The notes beneath the pieces are model-generated. The model worked only from the letters and a program-made list of their open reading frames with translations, was not told the origin of the DNA and ran no database searches. A stretch of 64,000 bases of DNA. Origin: Promethearchaeota archaeon (GTDB taxonomy: Archaea > Asgardarchaeota > Hermodarchaeia > Hermodarchaeales > Hermodarchaeaceae). Location of the stretch: contig JBHLPR010000001.1 in NCBI GenBank assembly GCA_048939245.1, forward strand, positions 1-64,000. The letters run 5' to 3'. Positions 58,565 through 64,000 of the stretch are shown here, piece by piece. Position 1 is the stretch's first letter, and each line of letters opens with the position of its first letter. The position numbers and the translations under genes were made by a program.

Positions 58565-60028
58565 ATGACGAAAACGTCTGATCGACTCATTGCTGTAATT
58601 GACCTTGGAACCACAGGAAACCGCTCAGTACTTTACAACCTCAAGGGGAGAGAAATCGCTAAATCCTATCGTGAATTTCCCACTATTACTGATGAACCCG
58701 AACAAGCAGAGCAAGATGCGATGGATTGGTGGCGAACAACACAAGAAACAATGAGAGAAGTAACGAGTCAAAAAATGGTGGAACCAAAGGATATCGTTGC
58801 AGTTTCGGTTGTAACCCAGCGTGCAACCCTTGTTCCTCTAAGCAAGAATGGTGATCCTCTTGCTCATGCCATTACATGGATGGATATGCGGATTTCTCCT
58901 TCTGCTGAACAACATGAAGACTTGGTGAAGCAACGGACGAGTTTACGACGTGCATTATGGTTTAAGGATATGCAACCACAGGTCTTCAAAAAAACTGCGA
59001 AATTCGCGACTCCTGATGCATTCCTTTATCATCAGCTTACTGGAAATTTAGCATCTGATCTCACCAATCATCATTTTGGAATTCTCGATGAGGAAAAATT
59101 AGTACTTGATGAAGCACTTGGTGAAGAACTAGGTTTACCAATTTCCATGTGGCCAGACCTTGTTCGTTCAGGAAAAATAATTGGGAATGTGACAAAGGAC
59201 ACAGAAAAAGAAACGGGTCTTCCAAAAGGGATTCCAGTTGTTGTGGGGGGTGGTGATCAGCAATGTTCTGCTCTTGGGTTGGGTGTCTTAGAACAAGGAG
59301 TGGCTAAACTCACCTTAGGAACTGGCACTTTTATCGTTACGCCAGTTGATAAGATTCTCAAAGATCCTTTAGGTGTTCTCTTTAATCATCCACACGTCCT
59401 TCCTAATCAACGTGTGCAGGAAGGCGTTCTTCCTGGAATGGGGACAATTCTTCGGTGGTTCCGCGATGAATTTGGACATGTTGAATGTGCTGTGGCTGAA
59501 CGGCTTGGCACAGATCCTTACGAGTATATCGTTGATGAAGCAGCTCAGGCGCCACCTGGCTGTGATGGGCTGGCTATGTTTCCTTTCTTTATTTGGGGTA
59601 TGGGGGCTATCCAAAGTCTAGGTTTTCAACATACTCGTTCTCACATCGCAAGGGCAATTCTTGAGAGTGTGGCTTTTGCCTCCCGGTTTATAATTGACTC
59701 CATGTTCTCCGTGGGAATTACTCTTAATGAGCTTCGCCTTGATGGTGGTGGGGCGCGCTCTTTGCTTTGGCGGCAGATTATGAGTGATGTTTCAGGGAAG
59801 TCTTGTATCTATACACAAGCAGATGAAGGAAGTGCACTGGGGGCTTCCATCTTGGCCACAGTGGGGCTCAAGCTTTTTCCCTCTGTTGAAAAGGCAGTTA
59901 AGGTTATGGTTCACAAACGTGAAGAATTAACCCCGAATCCTAAAAATGCTGAAGTGTATGAACATGGGTATTCCACGTTCCAACAAACCGTGATGAGCAA
60001 TCTTCAGGAAATGGTAAAGCACGTCTAA
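58565..60028 (+). CDS. FGGY-family carbohydrate kinase
   Basis: IDLGTTG, WMD.R, GGGDQ, LGTG, DGGGARS. Confidence 0.9.
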   Translation: MTKTSDRLIAVIDLGTTGNRSVLYNLKGREIAKSYREFPTITDEPEQAEQDAMDWWRTTQETMREVTSQKMVEPKDIVAVSVVTQRATLVPLSKNGDPLAHAITWMDMRISPSAEQHEDLVKQRTSLRRALWFKDMQPQVFKKTAKFATPDAFLYHQLTGNLASDLTNHHFGILDEEKLVLDEALGEELGLPISMWPDLVRSGKIIGNVTKDTEKETGLPKGIPVVVGGGDQQCSALGLGVLEQGVAKLTLGTGTFIVTPVDKILKDPLGVLFNHPHVLPNQRVQEGVLPGMGTILRWFRDEFGHVECAVAERLGTDPYEYIVDEAAQAPPGCDGLAMFPFFIWGMGAIQSLGFQHTRSHIARAILESVAFASRFIIDSMFSVGITLNELRLDGGGARSLLWRQIMSDVSGKSCIYTQADEGSALGASILATVGLKLFPSVEKAVKVMVHKREELTPNPKNAEVYEHGYSTFQQTVMSNLQEMVKHV

Positions 60029-60035
60029 GTCAAAG

Positions 60036-60575
60036 GTGATGAAATTGGATATACTAGACGCTATTAATAATAGAAGGTCCATCCGCGCATTTACAAACCA
60101 AGAAGTCTCAAATGAACAAATTATGGCTTTGCTTGAAGCGATGATAATGAGTCCAAGTGCGGGGAACCGGCAGCCATGGCGGATCTATGTTATTCGGGAT
60201 GCCAAGGTAAAAGAACAACTAGCACTTGGTGCCAATAACCAGGCGTTCATCAAAAAAGCGCCTGTTGTTTTTGTTGTTTGTAGAGTGCCAGAGGAGTCAG
60301 GGGTACGATACAAGGATCGTGGACGCAATCTATACTCTATTCAGGATACAGCAGCCATGACGCAAACACTTCTCCTTGCCACTCAAGCGTTACAGCTGGG
60401 CGCATGTTGGGTTGGCGCTTTCAATGACAGTGCAATCGCCACTACATTAGATTGTACACCAGGTGTTTTACCGGTGGCAATTGTACCTGTCGGTTATCCA
60501 GCTGAATCTCCTTCATCTCGAAGCCGACGGGCGATTGATTCTATCGTCCACTTCATTCCGCCTATATTTGGTTAA
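60036..60575 (+). CDS. Nitroreductase family protein
   Basis: RRSIRAF, SPSAGNRQPW, LGACWVGAF. Confidence 0.9.
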   Translation: MMKLDILDAINNRRSIRAFTNQEVSNEQIMALLEAMIMSPSAGNRQPWRIYVIRDAKVKEQLALGANNQAFIKKAPVVFVVCRVPEESGVRYKDRGRNLYSIQDTAAMTQTLLLATQALQLGACWVGAFNDSAIATTLDCTPGVLPVAIVPVGYPAESPSSRSRRAIDSIVHFIPPIFG

Positions 60576-60577
60576 GG

Positions 60578-61255
60578 TTACATTTGCTTCTGCATGAGAA
60601 GCATTATACAGAGTGGATATACCCAGATGATTGCTGTTATAGCAGAAATGATTTCAGGGATTGCAACCCCTGTAAACGGTAATAGGCTCAAGTAGTAGGC
60701 AATCCAGATTAAAGCGCTAACGAGCGCTAAAATGAATGCAATTATACCAATTAGTCGAAGGTGTTTTTCTTGCATCAATCGAACCCCATAAATCATTCCT
60801 GCAAGCAAGAGTGTAACAAAAAAGCCCAGAGACACTACAAAATGGGTGAATCCAAATCCTTCATGAAAGATCCCAATGGCGATTAGAAAACACTGGGCAA
60901 TTGTTAAGAGAATTCCTGCTACGATACCAATTACCGATGCCTCAAAGAGTTGATGCCGAATCAACCAAAGAGTCAGAACGATGGTGAAAAGGCCTGCGAG
61001 AATAAGGCTGGTATTGAATATGGGCGCTGCAGGGTTCAATCCCGGAACCCCGTTTGAACCCCCAATCATTGTAGGGTGTCCTAAATCACTGAGAGCGTTA
61101 GTTAACCAATTAAACCATGATGAAATGGCTACTGCACCAATGATTCCAATTAACGCAATCAACGGTCCAAGGATACCGCATAGCCCTGCAAACCGGGATG
61201 AAATGATAAATTCCAGAACCGGGTGAAGCTCTTTTTGTTCCTCACTTTCTGCCAT
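60578..61255 (-). CDS. DUF998 membrane protein
   Basis: WFNW..NALSDLG, FN..L...G, IGIFHE...H, AIPE. Confidence 0.85.
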   Translation of the reverse strand: MAESEEQKELHPVLEFIISSRFAGLCGILGPLIALIGIIGAVAISSWFNWLTNALSDLGHPTMIGGSNGVPGLNPAAPIFNTSLILAGLFTIVLTLWLIRHQLFEASVIGIVAGILLTIAQCFLIAIGIFHEGFGFTHFVVSLGFFVTLLLAGMIYGVRLMQEKHLRLIGIIAFILALVSALIWIAYYLSLLPFTGVAIPEIISAITAIIWVYPLCIMLLMQKQM

Positions 61256-61357
61256 TACGAAAACCTTCTTGTGACGAAAATATATTCGATTAGACTTGAG
61301 GTTAGAGATAAGACTTTTGCCTTAAATTCTATCAACCATCAGACTTTTTATGAAGAT

Positions 61358-61990
61358 TTATTTTAAGGAAAAGGGACGAAGTTCAGTGGGTAATGGTTCT
61401 CCAATTGTCAAAAATTCTTGGGCTAATGCTTGCATGAAAGCGACAAGGAGCTGATGTCGAGGTTTGGCTAACTGTTTTCCCGTCTTTGTTAGCATTCTAT
61501 CTTGAAGTTTCAATAGTTTTCGATCCATGTGCTCGATCATTCCATGAAGTCCCCGTTGCTGGATGAGGCTTTCTGCGATGGTCCGGGCGAGTCCCAGCGC
61601 CCCCATCGCGTCCAATTTATCGGCATCGCTGAGAATTTCGCCCTCTAACACTTCCGGGATTTTTTTTTCACTGAATCGGTGCGTTTGAATAGCACTAGCG
61701 ATCTTGGGTAACTTCTCATTTGGAAATGAAGTTGTCGCCAGGAAAGCTACTGCCATATTTGCCCCGACTTTGGCATGGGACTCTCCTGTCACTTCTTCTT
61801 CGGGTCGACCAATATCATGTAGTAATGCTGCAGCTTCTAAGATTTCTAAATCCGCGCCTTCCTTTTCTCCAATCAATAAACATAATTGACGCACTCGCAA
61901 CGTATGTTCATAAGAATGGGCTCCTCGTTTTCCCGTACGGAGAGCATTATATGCAAATTTTTCGATTGCTCCCACTAATCTACTGTCCAT
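61358..61990 (-). CDS. HD-domain phosphohydrolase
   Basis: H..EH..RV, ALLHDIGR, HRFS, DADKLDA. Confidence 0.9.
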   Translation of the reverse strand: MDSRLVGAIEKFAYNALRTGKRGAHSYEHTLRVRQLCLLIGEKEGADLEILEAAALLHDIGRPEEEVTGESHAKVGANMAVAFLATTSFPNEKLPKIASAIQTHRFSEKKIPEVLEGEILSDADKLDAMGALGLARTIAESLIQQRGLHGMIEHMDRKLLKLQDRMLTKTGKQLAKPRHQLLVAFMQALAQEFLTIGEPLPTELRPFSLK

Positions 61991-62177
61991 TTTCCAATCA
62001 CCAAGGAATCAGTCTATTTTCAATGTATCTTATCAGCGAATAAGCATGATAAAAAATTAGCTTAGTTGCCGGATTTAGAGACACTAAGGATTCACAAGTC
62101 CAATACGTTAAACCCGTAAACTATAAGGGCGAAGTCTTAGCGACAATAGTTACAAACAATTATGGGTGTTGAACTAA

Positions 62178-62657
62178 ATGGCTTTGATAGGTTTTATTCT
62201 ACTCTTAATCGGTGGTGGGTTACTCCTCTACTCAGGCGCTTCGATTGCTCTTGATCCTTCTTATGGGGCATTATTGGCGAGTTTCATCAATACAGTTTTA
62301 GGACCACCGCTAGGAGATCAGATTGTGCTTGCGCTCACCATCTTAACCAGTCTGGGTGGTATCCTTACCATTATTGGGGCAATTATCTGGTATGCAGCTG
62401 GTTCTGGAATCTTGGCGACCATTGGCCGACTTATCGTTTCAGTAGCAACGTTTTCCGCCTTCTTCTATGTCGCGATGGAATTGTACAATGCCTTTGTTTT
62501 AGGTATCTTCAGTCAGCCAATTGATGTTATCCTTGCTTACTTCATCAGTCTTGGACTCGGATTTGCAAGTACCGTGATGATTGTAATTGGAAACTTCATT
62601 GGGGCTGGCCGGAAGAAAAAGCCTCCAGAATCTTATGCGGACACTGAAAGTGCCTAG
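62178..62657 (+). CDS. 4-TM membrane protein
   Basis: Four Gly-rich hydrophobic helices, basic tail. Confidence 0.75.
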   Translation: MALIGFILLLIGGGLLLYSGASIALDPSYGALLASFINTVLGPPLGDQIVLALTILTSLGGILTIIGAIIWYAAGSGILATIGRLIVSVATFSAFFYVAMELYNAFVLGIFSQPIDVILAYFISLGLGFASTVMIVIGNFIGAGRKKKPPESYADTESA

Positions 62658-62672
62658 CCATCGAACCGGTCT

Positions 62673-63914
62673 TTAATTGGTTCTTGTCCGTTTAAGCGTC
62701 TCTGGTACAAGTACTAAAACTACGCCTAAGGCGAAGATATTCGCTATCAAAGCAAATAACATATTACCTCGTAGCGTAAAGAACACAAATTGGAAGAGAG
62801 CCCCTCCAATAATTGGTCCGAATGCTGTTCCAAAGGAATTCGCTGTAGTGATGGTCGACATAGCACGTGCCCTTCTTTCCACCTCACTGAGATCCGCAGC
62901 AGCCGCATAACTCGCAGTAGAAATGAATGGATAGATAGGAATGATCCATAGGAGCATAGCAACCCAGGGATTTACGACGAATAGATACCCTAACATGAAT
63001 AGTACCCAGCCAGCAAATCCAGCCATCAGGACGGGTTTACGCCCAATACGATCACTGCTATGTCCTGCTGCTAAAGTCACTCCCAATCCGAATAAAGATG
63101 CAAAACCATTTGCCATTCCAATCATCAATGGAGTGCCACCAATTTCTGATACAAGATAAACTCCGAAGAAATAGGAAAAGGCATTGACTCCAATACTACT
63201 AATTGTAACGGATGCAGCAATGAATAAAAGACTTGTAAACTGGGGTTTCCACCAAGGCCTAGCGAAGGAAGTTGGGGCGGTTTGGCTCTCTGTAAGGGAA
63301 TTTTGGTTTGATGCTTTGAAGATTTCTCGAGGAATCACCAGAATGATAAGTGCACCCACAAGTGATGCGAAGCCACCAAGAAAGAAAAGACCGGTCATCC
63401 CAATTAATGAAAATAGAATTCCTCCCGCAAAGCCGCCTATTGACCAACCCACACTACTAGTGGCTATTAGAATTCCAACGGCGCCCCCTTTGAAGGTTCG
63501 AGCCTCGGTCAGGTAAGCGTTTGCCATTGGAACTGCTGCAATTGAGAAAAGATAAGCAGCACAGGTAATACCGAGGAAAATCAGACTATCCTGGATAACG
63601 ATGTACAAGAAGAAACTGATTGCTTGAGCTAAAAATCCAACGATGATAAATGGCAGACGTCGATGCCATCGATCAGAGAGTGAACCCCACAAATATACGC
63701 CCACGAGCCCAATAAGCACAGGTAATCCGCCGATTAGGCCGATGAGGAGAAAGGCGGTCTCGCCAATTCCAGTAAATAGATAAAAGCTCCCAAATTGCCA
63801 GAAAATTGACTGGGCAAAATGAAATAGTGAGAAGCCAAGAAGAATTCCCCAAATGAAATGACGGGGGACAATGGGCTCCGGAATGGTCGCCCTCACTTCT
63901 TCGAATGCCACCAT
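62673..63914 (-). CDS. MFS transporter
   Basis: 12 TM; GSLSDRWHRR and GHSSDRIGRK motif A; likely start MVAFEE at 63914. Confidence 0.9.
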   Translation of the reverse strand: MVAFEEVRATIPEPIVPRHFIWGILLGFSLFHFAQSIFWQFGSFYLFTGIGETAFLLIGLIGGLPVLIGLVGVYLWGSLSDRWHRRLPFIIVGFLAQAISFFLYIVIQDSLIFLGITCAAYLFSIAAVPMANAYLTEARTFKGGAVGILIATSSVGWSIGGFAGGILFSLIGMTGLFFLGGFASLVGALIILVIPREIFKASNQNSLTESQTAPTSFARPWWKPQFTSLLFIAASVTISSIGVNAFSYFFGVYLVSEIGGTPLMIGMANGFASLFGLGVTLAAGHSSDRIGRKPVLMAGFAGWVLFMLGYLFVVNPWVAMLLWIIPIYPFISTASYAAAADLSEVERRARAMSTITTANSFGTAFGPIIGGALFQFVFFTLRGNMLFALIANIFALGVVLVLVPETLKRTRTN

Positions 63915-64000
63915 AGGCAGCCATTTTAGCCACTTCTTGAAAAAGCTATGCCTAAAGACCAAATTTGTTGCTGGGTTCAGATTTCCAATGATTTTTTATT

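Noticed and set aside
7-62195. 19-bp identity aatggctttgataggtttt at 7-25 and 62177-62195
   Set aside because: Both copies lie in unrelated coding sequence, with no integrase or tRNA; plausibly chance.
1-64000. CRISPR arrays, tRNA/rRNA genes, transposases, prophage
   Set aside because: No regularly spaced repeats, cloverleafs, rRNA-like tracts or DDE/Tyr-recombinase genes were seen.

Overview
Gene-dense core-genome window of an archaeon, very probably an Asgard archaeon. Evidence: radA, topoisomerase VI A/B, isopentenyl-phosphate kinase, geranylgeranyl reductase, three Rab-like GTPases, an MglA-like GTPase with a tandem-roadblock partner, and V4R, WD40, presenilin-like and eukaryote-type CIA2/MIP18 proteins. 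Metabolic genes point to an anaerobic peptide/organic-matter heterotroph: membrane-anchored hydrolases, a peptide-binding protein, an aminotransferase, AOR and HdrA-MvhD/HdrC/HdrB. I saw no rRNA, tRNA, CRISPR array or transposase. The most notable unexplained signals are: two highly structured non-coding elements (5619-5770 and about 47810-48024); a eukaryote-type CIA2 near other Fe-S/sulfur genes; an ATPase-dead RadA/Rad51 paralogue; a circularly permuted family-5 solute-binding protein; an RNase-H-like/IPK fusion; a compositionally anomalous radA with a palindrome next to its TATA box; and two small coding signals missing from the ORF track. All calls come from motif recognition by eye; no database searches were run.
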